From Candidatus Omnitrophota bacterium (GTDB lineage: Bacteria > Omnitrophota > Gorgyraeia > Zapsychrales > Zapsychraceae): 64,000 nucleotides of DNA. Under the pieces are notes generated by a model. It made no database searches. It had not been told where the DNA came from and was given only the letters and a program-made list of their open reading frames with translations. Positions 39,313-49,922 of the stretch are shown in pieces (within the stretch, counting starts at the first letter, position 1; every line of letters begins with the position of its first letter). A program made the position numbers and the translations under genes. Where the stretch lies: the NCBI GenBank assembly GCA_021108075.1, contig JAIORP010000030.1, positions 133 through 64,132 on the forward strand. The letters run 5' to 3'.

Positions 39313-41104
39313 TAATAAAAGAATTCGCGATTTGTGTGTTGTTTTCTTTTTTGCATTATTATTACGAATAGTCTATGTCTTGTTCACCCGTCAATTTTAT
39401 TTTTTTTATCACCATCCCAGCTCAGATGTGATGTATTACCAGCATTGGGCTCAAGAATTAGCCCGGACGAATTTTGTAGGACTGCGGGTTTTTTCAGGAT
39501 TGCCGCTTTACCCGTATTTTCTCGCTGTCCTGTACCGCTTGTTTCTAGCTTCTGTACCTTTAATCCGGTTTGCGCACCTGGTGCTAGGGGCCGTGAATTG
39601 TTTGCTTGTCTACCTGATATCGGCACAGCTATTTGGCCGAAAGGTGGCCATGGGATCGGCCCTTTTAGTCGCGGCGCATTTTTCATTCATTTACTATGAT
39701 TGCCTGATGATGCCGGTGGGTTTAAATATTTTTTTTAGTCTTTTGATTGTATTGTTTGTTTTACGGTCCAATCAATTGCAGACGAAACGCAGTATGTTTT
39801 TTCTTGGTCTTGTTATCGGATTGGCGTGTCTAGGTGATGGCAAGATGATATTGTTTTTAGTTTTTTTAGTTTTGAAGTTCCTGCACGGTTGTCTATTTAA
39901 GAAAAGTTATAAACGTCAATGCTTTCGTGTGATGTGTTTCGTCATTGGTTTTTGGGTCATTATGATATCCGTTGGTCTGAGAAACTGGATAGTCAGCGGA
40001 GAATGGGTTTGGATCAGTGCGCAGAAGGGATTAAGCCTCTATGTCGGGAACAATATCAATGCCAAAGGATATTATAAGCATCCAGATTTCTTGCGGCCGG
40101 ATCATCATGGACAAGATGAAGATATGGTTCTCAATGTTTCCCGGGCATTAAACCATCCCGTCTCCGTCAAGCAAGCTTCTCAGTATTGGCAAGATCAAGC
40201 TTTTATCTATATCCGGCAACATCCTAAAGGTTTTTTCAAGTTGCTGGGTAAGAAATTTTCCCTTTTTTTTACAGATACACAAGAAGCCTACGACCTGGAT
40301 TTGATTCTTCAAGGTGAATGGAAGAATCGGCTGGAATGGAATCATTTTTGGATCATTTTCCCTCTAGGGGGATTGGGCCTGTATTTTGCCCGTAAGAAAA
40401 AAGGGGTGTTGATGATTGCCGTTCTCATCGTATGCCAATTGTTATTTACGTTGGTATTTTTTTTACAGCATCGGCATCGCATGACAATTATTCCGTTTTT
40501 CATCATGTTTGAGGTCTTTGCCTTTTTAGAAATTTATCAGTCTGTCAGAAAGCGGGAATGGAAGCTTCCTATTTTGGCTTGTGTTCCTATTTGTTTATAT
40601 ATCGTAATTTTCCCCACACAGAAAATATCTGGCCAAATGTTGGAATATATTCATGCCACAAAAGCAGGTAATGTTTATGAGGGGCGTCAGGATTTTCTAC
40701 AAGCGAAAAAATCCTATCAAAAGGCTTTGCGGATTCATCCTCAGGATACAAATGCCCTTTATAATTTGGCTAATGTTCATTTTTCTCTTGGGGATACTAA
40801 TGAGGCTGTTCGTTTGTATCAGAAGGTTTTAAGGATTAATCCGTATCATGCTGACGCTTTGTATAACCTCGCATTTCTTTATAAAATGACCGGTTCTACG
40901 GAGAATGCCCTGGAAGTTTTTTTGACCTTACATCAGTGGCAACCGCAGAGTCCGGATGTGAACCTTCAGCTAATACTGATTTACCGTTCACAAGATAACT
41001 GCGCTGAAACCCTAAACTACTATCATTTTTTAAAGCATAAGAATGTCAATTTAGGTGAAGAACTTGAAATTTTTATAAAATCTTGTACTGATAATGGCTT
41101 TTAA
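39302..41104 (+). CDS. Polytopic membrane GT-C-like glycosyltransferase (ArnT/PMT-2-like) with C-terminal TPR repeats
   Basis: About 11 predicted transmembrane helices run over the first roughly 430 aa. They are followed by three or four TPR units (ALYNLANVHFSLGD..., ALYNLAFLYKMTG...). Confidence 0.45.
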   Translation: MTIDNKRIRDLCVVFFFALLLRIVYVLFTRQFYFFYHHPSSDVMYYQHWAQELARTNFVGLRVFSGLPLYPYFLAVLYRLFLASVPLIRFAHLVLGAVNCLLVYLISAQLFGRKVAMGSALLVAAHFSFIYYDCLMMPVGLNIFFSLLIVLFVLRSNQLQTKRSMFFLGLVIGLACLGDGKMILFLVFLVLKFLHGCLFKKSYKRQCFRVMCFVIGFWVIMISVGLRNWIVSGEWVWISAQKGLSLYVGNNINAKGYYKHPDFLRPDHHGQDEDMVLNVSRALNHPVSVKQASQYWQDQAFIYIRQHPKGFFKLLGKKFSLFFTDTQEAYDLDLILQGEWKNRLEWNHFWIIFPLGGLGLYFARKKKGVLMIAVLIVCQLLFTLVFFLQHRHRMTIIPFFIMFEVFAFLEIYQSVRKREWKLPILACVPICLYIVIFPTQKISGQMLEYIHATKAGNVYEGRQDFLQAKKSYQKALRIHPQDTNALYNLANVHFSLGDTNEAVRLYQKVLRINPYHADALYNLAFLYKMTGSTENALEVFLTLHQWQPQSPDVNLQLILIYRSQDNCAETLNYYHFLKHKNVNLGEELEIFIKSCTDNGF

Positions 41105-41208
41105 TAAAGATAATTATTTAAATCGCATTACGGTTACCGCCAGATTGCGGCAAGCATATAAAGGTTTGGGAAATAATAATTTATGTCAATGGTGAATTTT
41201 ATGTTTTA

Positions 41209-41237
41209 TTGACAATAAATATATACTCATGTATAAT
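41209..41237 (+). promoter_or_regulatory. Consensus sigma70 promoter for recA (TTGACA-17-TATAAT)
   Basis: TTGACA at 41209-41214 and TATAAT at 41232-41237. Confidence 0.55.
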
Positions 41238-41315
41238 TCCATTCCACATAAACATTTACCCTTTTGATTTATTCCCCTAGAAATCAATGTAAACCTAGGA
41301 ATGGCGAGGTAGCTC

Positions 41316-42335
41316 ATGGCAGAACAAAAAAAGACAGTTGAGGTCGAACAAAAGAAAAAAGCTTTGGAATTAGCCTTAGCGCAAATCGAAAAACAATTTG
41401 GCAAGGGATCAATTATGAAAATGGATAGCGGAGCAATACAAGATATTCCTGCCATTCCAACCGGTTCTTTATCCTTAGACTCAGCCTTGGGTATTGGCGG
41501 AGTTCCGCGTGGAAGAGTTACTGAGATTTATGGTCCTGAGTCTTCAGGAAAGACGACATTGACGTTAAGTATCATTTGTGAACTTCAGAAGCTGGGCGGA
41601 ACGGCCGCATTTATAGACGCTGAGCATGCCTTCGACGCTGTTTACGCACAGAAAGTCGGAGTCAAATTAGAAGAGCTGTTGATCTCTCAACCGGACACAG
41701 GCGAACAAGCTTTAGAAATCGCGGAAACACTGACCAGATCGAGTGCCGTGGATTTGATCGTTATCGATTCTGTTGCCGCGTTAACGCCACGCGCCGAGAT
41801 TGAAGGGGATATGGGTGATTCCCATATGGGCCTGCAAGCGCGCTTGATGTCTCAAGCCTTGCGTAAATTGACAGCGGCCATCAATAAGTCAAAAACCTGT
41901 GTTATTTTTATCAACCAAATCCGTATGAAGATCGGCGTCATGTTTGGTTCTCCGGAAACAACAACAGGTGGACGGGCCTTAAAGTTTTATTCTTCTGTGA
42001 GAATTGATTTAAGGCGGATAGAGACGCTGAAAAAAGGGGATCAATTTATTGGAAACCGGGTCAGGGCTAAAATTGTTAAGAATAAAGTCGCGCCGCCTTT
42101 TAAAGAAGCAGAATTTGAAATCCATTTTAGTGAAGGCATTTGCCGCTCTGCTGATGTTTTAGATTTAGCTATCAAGCAAGACATTGTTCAAAAGGCCGGT
42201 TCATGGTTTTCATATGAAGGGGAGAAAATCGGACAGGGAAAAGAGAATTCCCGTAGGTATCTCGTTGATAATCCCAAGCTTTATAATAAAATTGAGAAGC
42301 AAATTAGGACGAATTTGTCTAAATTGAATTCTTGA
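41316..42335 (+). CDS. recA: Recombinase A
   Basis: It has Walker [11 protein letters not shown] and L2-loop motifs, and is 339 aa. Confidence 0.95.
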   Translation: MAEQKKTVEVEQKKKALELALAQIEKQFGKGSIMKMDSGAIQDIPAIPTGSLSLDSALGIGGVPRGRVTEIYGPESSGKTTLTLSIICELQKLGGTAAFIDAEHAFDAVYAQKVGVKLEELLISQPDTGEQALEIAETLTRSSAVDLIVIDSVAALTPRAEIEGDMGDSHMGLQARLMSQALRKLTAAINKSKTCVIFINQIRMKIGVMFGSPETTTGGRALKFYSSVRIDLRRIETLKKGDQFIGNRVRAKIVKNKVAPPFKEAEFEIHFSEGICRSADVLDLAIKQDIVQKAGSWFSYEGEKIGQGKENSRRYLVDNPKLYNKIEKQIRTNLSKLNS

Positions 42336-42345
42336 TCAAAAAAAT

Positions 42346-42813
42346 ATGCAGGACGCTTCCGTTCATAAAGCCAAGGCTTATGTTTATCGACTGCTGAATA
42401 TCCGTTTGCGTAGTGAGCAAGAGATCAGGGATCGGTTGATCCGCAGGGCTTATTTGCCTGATTGCGTTGAGCGTGTCATTCAGTATTTTTCAGAACTGCG
42501 TCTCATAGATGACTATGAATTCAGTTGTCAATGGGCAACATGCCGATTCGTACGTCATTATGGTATACAGCGTGTCAAGTATGAGCTTATTCAAAAAGGC
42601 ATTGCCAAAGAGGTCATCGATACTGTTTTGGCTCAAACGTACGACGCCCAAAAAGAAGGGGAAGTGATTCGGGCGTTGCTGAGTAAATGTTTACTGAAAT
42701 ACTCTATCAGTGATTTGCCGAAGAATAAGCGACGAGTCTATGACTACCTGAAGAGGAGAGGTTTTAATACTAACACAATAAACAGAGTGTTTGATCAATA
42801 TGACTGGAAATGA
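42346..42813 (+). CDS. recX: RecA regulator RecX
   Basis: It is a 155-aa helical-repeat protein directly downstream of recA, with the RecX-like pattern A..YLLRLL..R.RSE.E...L. Confidence 0.7.
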   Translation: MQDASVHKAKAYVYRLLNIRLRSEQEIRDRLIRRAYLPDCVERVIQYFSELRLIDDYEFSCQWATCRFVRHYGIQRVKYELIQKGIAKEVIDTVLAQTYDAQKEGEVIRALLSKCLLKYSISDLPKNKRRVYDYLKRRGFNTNTINRVFDQYDWK

Positions 42814-45451
42814 GATTCGATCAAAATTTTTAACATATTTTCAATCAAAAGCGCACACGATTGTTAAAAGTGATTCTTTGGTGCCCAAAGAGGATCCAAC
42901 CGTGCTCTTTACAACGGCAGGGATGCAGCAGTTCAAACGTCAATTTTTGGGTGATATCGAAAATTATACACGGGCAGCAACATCCCAAAAATGCATGCGT
43001 ACCGATGATTTGGAGGAGGTCGGGCAAACGGATTTTCACCATACTTTTTTTGAAATGTTGGGGAATTTTTCTTTTGGAGATTATTTTAAAAAAGAAGCCA
43101 TTAATTGGGGCTGGGAATTTTTGACCAAAGAATTGGATATTTCTGCTGACCGATTATGGGTTTCTGTTAATAAAGATGATACGGAAGCACGGGACATCTG
43201 GCTCAATGACATAGGTATTCCTGAGAAAAAAATATTTTTATTAGGTGATAAAAGCAATTTTTGGCCCTCAAACGCTCGGGAGGCCGGCCCAAATGGTCCC
43301 TGCGGGCCTTGTTCAGAGATTTTTTATGACTATGACCCTGATGATCAGACTGTTCCCAAAGACCCGGATGACATCCCCGGGCGCTTTTCAGAAGTTTGGA
43401 ACCTGGTGTTCACGCAGTCTGAGCGCAAAGAGGGTGGGCAGCTAGACCCCTTGCCCAACAAAAATATCGATACTGGTATGGGTTTAGAACGTTTGTGTGC
43501 CGTGATTCAGGGGAAAAAAAATAATTTTGAGACAGACCTTTTTACTTCAATTTTGAAAAGAATTGATCGGATTGTCGGAGCCAATATTAGTTTGAAACAG
43601 AAGAGGATCATTGCCGATCACATTCGCGCGATTACTTTTGGGATCAATGATGGGGTGGTTCCATCCAATGAAGGTCGCGGTTATGTTATTAAGAAATTGA
43701 TTATTATCATCTCAGATATCGCCCAATCCCTTGGCTTAACTGAGCCATGCATTTATAAGTTGGTTCCGAGTGTGCTTGAGGCCATGGAACAACCTTATCC
43801 GGAACTCAAAAAAACGGCAGACAATGTGTCTCAAGTTATCAAGGGGATTGAGGAAGCGTATATCAGTGTCCGCGCTCAACGCATTCCTGAGCTAGCACAA
43901 GAGGCCCTAAAAATCAAAAAAGAATCTCATCCGGATACTGATTTAGCCCAACGTTTGGGCGAGTTGATTTTCAAGTATCGCGATACATACGGATTGACAT
44001 TGGATACGATCGACAACGTTATTAAGCGCAATCCCGTCGATATCTCAGGGGAAATATTAAAGATAGCTTATGAGCGTTTTAATGCCCTTCTGAAAGAGCA
44101 ACAAGATCGTGCGCGTGCTTCCAGTAAGATGACCGGCGATGTGTTTACAGACGCTGAGATTGATTTGAACGTACCGAAAACAGTATTTATGGGCTACAAG
44201 CATAGCCGCACAACAAATACGATATTAAAGATTTTTATCGGCAATGAAATGACCAATGAAGTTAAACTTGGGGATGAGGTTAAGATCATTTTAGATAAGA
44301 CCCCTTTTTATGCCGAGTCCGGAGGGCAGGCCGGCGATACGGGTTGCATTCGAACCGAATCTGGCGTTGCGCGGATAACCGATACGAAGAAGGTTGCGGA
44401 TGTCTTTATTCACATCGGTTTCATTGAAGAAGGAATCATGAAGCGTAATGAGCAGGTCCATGCAGAAATAGATATTGACAGACGGCTTTCGATTATGCGC
44501 CATCATACGGCCACGCATTTATTGCAAACCGCTTTAAGAGCAGTTTTGGGTTCGCATGTTCAGCAGCAGGGTTCATATGTTGATGCCGACCGGTTACGCT
44601 TTGATTTTACCCATCCAAAGGCCCTTAATCAGGATGAGATCATCAAGGTTGAAGACTATGTCAATCGGCTGGTCCTCGCTTGCGACACCGTGACCAAGGA
44701 ATATCTTTCGATTGAAGAAGCACAGCATACGGGCGCATTAGCGTTTTTTGCGGAGAAGTATGGGGATGTTGTGCGCGTTGTTTCGGTCGGGGATTATTCA
44801 AAAGAATTCTGCGGGGGCACACATTTAGATATTACAGGGCAGATAGGCTTATTTAAAATCGTTCAGGAAAGTGCGATCGCTCAGGGGATAAGACGGATCG
44901 AAGCAAAAACAGGCTATTCTGCTTTGAGCCTCGTCCATGAGAAACAGAATACGTTAGAATCATTATCTAAACTATTAAAGGTGCCTGAAACAGAGATACT
45001 TGACCGGATTAAAGTTCAGTCTAAAAAAATAAAACAGTTGCAGAAAGATATTGAGCAATACCGCTTCATGGCGATTAAGGATGATGTCGCTCAAGTGATT
45101 GAACAAGCCGCGCAGCTTAAAGGGTTTAACCTCATAACAGCCTATTTCAAAGACGTTGATATGGCCTTACTGCGCCGTATTTCTGATTTAATTCGACGAA
45201 AGGTTCAAGATTCAATTATTGTGCTTGGCGGAAGTACAGATGAAAACGCGTCATTGCTTATCGCTGTTACAGACTCTTTAGTTGAAAGGGGAATTAAGGC
45301 GAATGAATTAATCAATCTGATAGCACCGATTATGAATGGCAAAGGTGGCGGCCGACCACAATTAGCCCAAGCTGGCAGTAAAGAGATTACGAAAATCGAA
45401 ACGGCTATTAAACAAAGCAATCAGATAATAAAGGAAAAAGTGTCGTTATGA
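42800..45451 (+). CDS. alaS: Alanine--tRNA ligase
   Basis: It has class II aaRS motifs (FTTAGMQQFK, HHTFFEMLGNFSFGDYFK), an editing domain HxxxH/CxxxH (HHTATHLL...C) and a C-terminal DHHA1 domain. Confidence 0.92.
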   Translation: MTGNEIRSKFLTYFQSKAHTIVKSDSLVPKEDPTVLFTTAGMQQFKRQFLGDIENYTRAATSQKCMRTDDLEEVGQTDFHHTFFEMLGNFSFGDYFKKEAINWGWEFLTKELDISADRLWVSVNKDDTEARDIWLNDIGIPEKKIFLLGDKSNFWPSNAREAGPNGPCGPCSEIFYDYDPDDQTVPKDPDDIPGRFSEVWNLVFTQSERKEGGQLDPLPNKNIDTGMGLERLCAVIQGKKNNFETDLFTSILKRIDRIVGANISLKQKRIIADHIRAITFGINDGVVPSNEGRGYVIKKLIIIISDIAQSLGLTEPCIYKLVPSVLEAMEQPYPELKKTADNVSQVIKGIEEAYISVRAQRIPELAQEALKIKKESHPDTDLAQRLGELIFKYRDTYGLTLDTIDNVIKRNPVDISGEILKIAYERFNALLKEQQDRARASSKMTGDVFTDAEIDLNVPKTVFMGYKHSRTTNTILKIFIGNEMTNEVKLGDEVKIILDKTPFYAESGGQAGDTGCIRTESGVARITDTKKVADVFIHIGFIEEGIMKRNEQVHAEIDIDRRLSIMRHHTATHLLQTALRAVLGSHVQQQGSYVDADRLRFDFTHPKALNQDEIIKVEDYVNRLVLACDTVTKEYLSIEEAQHTGALAFFAEKYGDVVRVVSVGDYSKEFCGGTHLDITGQIGLFKIVQESAIAQGIRRIEAKTGYSALSLVHEKQNTLESLSKLLKVPETEILDRIKVQSKKIKQLQKDIEQYRFMAIKDDVAQVIEQAAQLKGFNLITAYFKDVDMALLRRISDLIRRKVQDSIIVLGGSTDENASLLIAVTDSLVERGIKANELINLIAPIMNGKGGGRPQLAQAGSKEITKIETAIKQSNQIIKEKVSL

Positions 45452-46671
45452 AAGTTTTGACACAAAAAGGTCAAGGAATTCAAAAACTCTATCATCGTCA
45501 CCTTTACGCCTACAAAGATCATATTTACGAAAAAGTTCGACGAATCATCAACGATGTGCGGCTGCATGGTGATGATGCCGTTATTAGATATACCCGGAAA
45601 TTTGATAAAGCTAAATTAACTCCGAAGGAATTACGTGTGCCTGAACGTGAGATAAGCGGGGCGTTTCAAAATATCACCAGTGATTTTGTCTCAACATTGA
45701 AAATCATTTTGAATAATGTTTCTCAGTTCTATAAAAAACAAATCCCAAAAGGGTGTTGCGTCCGGAACAAAGATGGTGTTTTATTAAAAGAACACATTAC
45801 GCCTTTGGATTCTGTCGGTGTTTATGTCCCCGCGGGAACTGCGCCACTGGTTTCGACTGTGTACATGACCGTGTTGCCAGCAAAAGTCGCGGGTGTGAAG
45901 CGTATCGTTATTGCGACACCGCCGGATATGAATGGACATATCAATTCGCATATACTGGCTGTCGCGAATTTGTTAAAAGTAAATGAGATCTATAAGATGG
46001 GCGGTGCTCAAGCGATTGCGGCTCTGGCATTAGGAACAAAGACCGTTACGAAGGTTGATAAAATAATTGGTCCAGGCAATTTGTATGTTACTGAGGCGAA
46101 GCGTCAAATGTTTGGTTTTGTTGATATCGATATGTTAGCCGGTCCATCTGAATTGGCGATTATAGCCAATAGACACAGTAACCCGGATTTTGTGGTTGCG
46201 GATATGGAAGGGCAGATCGAGCACTTAGGTGGCATATCTATTCTTGTAACGACGTCAAAGCAGTTATTAAAACAGGTTCGCAAGCGTTTAACGAAAGGAT
46301 ACGGTATCTACGCCAAGAATATTGATGAAGCCGTTGATATCGTTAATAAGATAGCGCCGGAACACTTACAAATTATGACAAACAATCCGCGTACGGTCGC
46401 CAACAAGATCAGGAACGCTGGTGCGATTTTTTTAGGGCCCTACAGCCCGACCGCTCTTGGCGATTATGCTGCCGGGCCAAGTCACGTTCTCCCGACGATG
46501 GGGTCGGCCCGGTTTTTTTCTGGATTAAGTACCTCGGATTTTGTTAAGAAAAGTCATATTATATCCTACTCTAAGCGAGCCCTGGAAAAAGTGCGTGAGC
46601 CGATTGAAAAAATCGCTTTGCTGGAGGGATTACAAAAGCATTATGAATCGGTTGTCGTTCGTTTTGATTGA
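45448..46671 (+). CDS. hisD: Histidinol dehydrogenase
   Basis: It is 407 aa with HisD motifs (GPGNLYVTEAKR, AGPSELAIIAN). Its start overlaps the alaS stop. Confidence 0.85.
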   Translation: MKVLTQKGQGIQKLYHRHLYAYKDHIYEKVRRIINDVRLHGDDAVIRYTRKFDKAKLTPKELRVPEREISGAFQNITSDFVSTLKIILNNVSQFYKKQIPKGCCVRNKDGVLLKEHITPLDSVGVYVPAGTAPLVSTVYMTVLPAKVAGVKRIVIATPPDMNGHINSHILAVANLLKVNEIYKMGGAQAIAALALGTKTVTKVDKIIGPGNLYVTEAKRQMFGFVDIDMLAGPSELAIIANRHSNPDFVVADMEGQIEHLGGISILVTTSKQLLKQVRKRLTKGYGIYAKNIDEAVDIVNKIAPEHLQIMTNNPRTVANKIRNAGAIFLGPYSPTALGDYAAGPSHVLPTMGSARFFSGLSTSDFVKKSHIISYSKRALEKVREPIEKIALLEGLQKHYESVVVRFD

Positions 46672-46695
46672 GTTATGGAAAGATAAGGGGTGATT

Positions 46696-47319
46696 ATGTC
46701 AGATAATCGTGAAGCACAGTTTGAGAGAAAAAGTAAAGAGACGCATATTACTGCCAATTTGAATATTGACGGAACAGGGCAAACGTCGATTAAGACAAAT
46801 ATCGGTTTTCTTGATCATATGCTTGAATTGTTTGCGTTTCACGGATATTTTGATCTTTCATTGGAAGTCAAGCGGGGTGATTTTGAAATTGATATCCATC
46901 ATACCAATGAGGATATCGGTATTGTGTTAGGCAAACTTTTTAAAAAAGCTTTGGACGAGATGATGGGTATTAGACGGTACGGTACGGCTTCAGCCCCGAT
47001 GGAATCCACATTAGGGACAGCTGTTGTGGATATCTGTGGCCGTGGTCATGACCATTTATTGATCGGAGATCAGGGTGTTTCTTATCCCAACATACGGGAT
47101 GAAGATGGTTATAATATTCATTATTTGGAACACTTTTTAGAATCTTTTGCGAAGAACCTTGGAGCGACAATTCATTTATATATTAAAAATCCAACCGAAG
47201 ATTTACATACTGATGTTGAGTGCTGTTTTAAAGCATTAGGCCTGGCATTAGATCATGCCACTCAAATGGATCCAAGACGTCAGTCGGAAGTTCCTTCGAC
47301 CAAAGGAATTATTGACTAA
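46696..47319 (+). CDS. hisB: Imidazoleglycerol-phosphate dehydratase
   Basis: It has IGPD motifs (DHMLELFAFHG, HHTNEDIGIVLG, HYLEHFLES). A GTG start at 46690 is also possible. Confidence 0.85.
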   Translation: MSDNREAQFERKSKETHITANLNIDGTGQTSIKTNIGFLDHMLELFAFHGYFDLSLEVKRGDFEIDIHHTNEDIGIVLGKLFKKALDEMMGIRRYGTASAPMESTLGTAVVDICGRGHDHLLIGDQGVSYPNIRDEDGYNIHYLEHFLESFAKNLGATIHLYIKNPTEDLHTDVECCFKALGLALDHATQMDPRRQSEVPSTKGIID

Positions 47320-47434
47320 CAAATTTTTTTTATTTTGTCGTAAAGACTATACTAATATAAGCAGAATGACCGTTAAAAGAAATAGGGTGGGTGTGTATCT
47401 TTCTCGATTTCTTTAAAGGTTTAGGGGCTTTTGA

Positions 47435-48043
47435 GTGATAGCAGTTATTGACTATGGTATTGGCAACTTACACAGTGTTCAAAAGGCTTTAGAACGGGTC
47501 GGGGCAGACGTGTGCGTGACGCATGATGTCGAGACCATCAGAGCCGCTGATAAAATTGTTCTTCCAGGCGTCGGGGCGATGCAGCCGGCCATGGAGAAAT
47601 TGAGTCGTTTGAATTTGATACCCGTGCTAGATCAAGCGGTGCAGGACCAAAGACCATTTTTAGGTATTTGTTTGGGGTATCAGCTTTTATTTGAATACAG
47701 TGATGAAGGTGGACAGGTTAAGGGGCTTGGTTTTCTTCAGGGCCGTGTCGAAAAGTTTTCGTCTCAATCCGGACTTAAGATTCCTCACATGGGTTGGAAT
47801 CGAATCGTGATTGAACAAGAGGCCTGTCCGATATTTCAGGACATCACAGACGGAGCGGATGTGTATTTTTGTCATTCGTATTTTGTTAATCCCACCCAAC
47901 AGGATATCCGGGCAACCAAAACAGACTATGGGATTGATTTTGCGTCTTCTGTCGCTAAAGATCATCTGTTTGGCGTTCAGTTTCATCCGGAGAAAAGTCA
48001 GGTCGTAGGTCTGAAAATATTAAATAATTTCAATAATATGTGA
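47435..48043 (+). CDS. hisH: Imidazole glycerol phosphate synthase, glutaminase subunit
   Basis: It has the class I GATase triad context (GICLGYQLL, ...HSY). It uses a GTG start. Confidence 0.85.
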   Translation: MIAVIDYGIGNLHSVQKALERVGADVCVTHDVETIRAADKIVLPGVGAMQPAMEKLSRLNLIPVLDQAVQDQRPFLGICLGYQLLFEYSDEGGQVKGLGFLQGRVEKFSSQSGLKIPHMGWNRIVIEQEACPIFQDITDGADVYFCHSYFVNPTQQDIRATKTDYGIDFASSVAKDHLFGVQFHPEKSQVVGLKILNNFNNM

Positions 48044-48061
48044 TAATAGCAGGAGGACAAT

Positions 48062-48787
48062 ATGATTATCTATCCGGCGATTGATATTAAAGATGGAAAA
48101 GTCGTAAGGTTGTTGCAGGGTAAATTTGATCAGGTTACCGAGTATTCGCAAACTCCTGTCGATGTGGCTCAACATTGGAAAGATGAAGGGGCCCAGTGGT
48201 TGCATGTTGTTGATTTAGACGGCGCGCGTACGGGTGAGGTGGTGAATATGGATTTGATTCATCAGATTGCCAGGGAGGTTTCCATCTCTGTACAGATGGG
48301 CGGGGGCGTGCGTCAGCTAGAAGATATCCAACGCCTGTTAGAGGGGGGTGTCTCGCGGGTTATTCTCGGCACAAAGGTTGTCCAAGACCTGGCATTTTTA
48401 AAAGAAGCCCTTTCAAAATGGGGGGAACAGATCGCGGTCAGCTTGGATTGTTCGAACGGTTTCATCGCAACCATGGGCTGGACACATACCTCGGAGTTGA
48501 AAGTGATCGACTTTATTAAAGAAATTGACGCGATGGGAGTAAAGAATATCATCTATACGGATATCGCGCAAGATGGCATGTTGTCCGGACCAAATTACAC
48601 GGCGATAAATGAGTTGCTCAGTTGCACCAATATCCCTGTGATTCTGTCAGGCGGTGTCGCAACGATAGATGACGTTAGAAAAATAAAACGAATGTCTGAG
48701 AACAGCGTTAAGGGTATTATTATTGGAAAAGCTCTGTACGAAAAGAAACTTGACTTAAAAGAGGCATTAGCCATAGCGAGATTGTAA
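48062..48787 (+). CDS. hisA: ProFAR isomerase
   Basis: It has the N-terminus MIIYPAIDIKDGKVVRL and a (beta/alpha)8 fold. Confidence 0.85.
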   Translation: MIIYPAIDIKDGKVVRLLQGKFDQVTEYSQTPVDVAQHWKDEGAQWLHVVDLDGARTGEVVNMDLIHQIAREVSISVQMGGGVRQLEDIQRLLEGGVSRVILGTKVVQDLAFLKEALSKWGEQIAVSLDCSNGFIATMGWTHTSELKVIDFIKEIDAMGVKNIIYTDIAQDGMLSGPNYTAINELLSCTNIPVILSGGVATIDDVRKIKRMSENSVKGIIIGKALYEKKLDLKEALAIARL

Positions 48788-49543
48788 ATGTTGAAGAAAA
48801 GAATCATTCCTTGTTTGGATGTCAAAGACGGACGTGTTGTTAAGGGAACAAATTTTGTCAATCTGCGGGACGCAGGTGACCCGGTAGCTATTGCTGAGAT
48901 TTATGATCAACAGAAAGCAGATGAAATTGTTTTTTTAGATATCACGGCCAGTTATGAAAAAAGAGGCATCATCCTTGATATCGTTCGCAAGACATCTGAG
49001 AAAGTTTTTATGCCTTTGACGGTTGGCGGTGGGATTAAAAGTGTTGAAGATATTCGCGCATTGCTTAACGCAGGAGCTGATAAAACCTCGATGAACACGT
49101 CGGTTGTTCAAAACCCAAAACTAATCCAGCAAGGCGCTCAACGGTTTGGTAATCAGTGCATTGTCGTCGCTGTTGACGCGAAATGGCAGGACGATCATTT
49201 CGAGGTTTATATTCACGGTGGACGCACTCCGACGGGTAAGGATGCGATTGAGTGGGTCAAAGAAGCGGAGTCTCTTGGCGCGGGAGAAATATTGTTGACG
49301 AGCATGGACGGTGATGGGACGAAAGATGGATATGATTTGCCATTAACAGACGCGGTCTCAAAGGCCGTAAATATTCCGGTCATCGCTTCTGGCGGTGCTG
49401 GTAAGTTGCAAGATTTTTATGATGTGTTCGCTGAAACAAAAGCGGATGCCGCTTTAGCAGCGTCCGTTTTTCATTATAAAGAATTTTCTGTAGGAGATGT
49501 GAAACAATTTTTATCAGAGAAAGGAATTATGGTTCGATTATGA
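48788..49543 (+). CDS. hisF: Imidazole glycerol phosphate synthase, cyclase subunit
   Basis: It has the N-terminus [17 protein letters not shown] and the motif ...SGGAG. Confidence 0.88.
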   Translation: MLKKRIIPCLDVKDGRVVKGTNFVNLRDAGDPVAIAEIYDQQKADEIVFLDITASYEKRGIILDIVRKTSEKVFMPLTVGGGIKSVEDIRALLNAGADKTSMNTSVVQNPKLIQQGAQRFGNQCIVVAVDAKWQDDHFEVYIHGGRTPTGKDAIEWVKEAESLGAGEILLTSMDGDGTKDGYDLPLTDAVSKAVNIPVIASGGAGKLQDFYDVFAETKADAALAASVFHYKEFSVGDVKQFLSEKGIMVRL

Positions 49544-49902
49544 AGAAAGAAGAAATTACAATAACGTTAGATAATTTGGCGGACCTAACTTTTAACAAAG
49601 ACGGCCTTATCCCTGCCATAGCGCAGGATTATGAGACACAGGAAGTTTTAATGATGGCTTATATGAATATCGATTCATTAAGAGAGACCATCACGGGCGG
49701 AAAGGCTTGTTATTGGTCCCGTTCTCGACAGGAATATTGGGTCAAGGGCATGACCTCGGGACATTTTCAACACGTTAAAGGAATTTTTTATGATTGCGAT
49801 TGCGACACACTACTTATAAAGGTTGAACAAATAGGTTCAGCCTGCCATACGATGAAGCGTAGTTGTTTTTATCGCTCGATAGACCTGCCTAAGAACGAGT
49901 AA
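49540..49902 (+). CDS. hisI: Phosphoribosyl-AMP cyclohydrolase
   Basis: It is 120 aa. It has the metal-binding motif CDCDTLL and the motif ...AYMN....T. Confidence 0.8.
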   Translation: MKKEEITITLDNLADLTFNKDGLIPAIAQDYETQEVLMMAYMNIDSLRETITGGKACYWSRSRQEYWVKGMTSGHFQHVKGIFYDCDCDTLLIKVEQIGSACHTMKRSCFYRSIDLPKNE

Positions 49903-49922
49903 CTATAAAGAATATATAAAAT

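Noticed and set aside
41105-41315. LexA (SOS) box upstream of recA
   Set aside because: Small palindromes are present (CGGTtACCG, TTGATTT...AAATCAA). None matches the CTGT-N8-ACAG or GAAC-N4-GTTC consensus. The lineage-specific LexA motif is unknown.
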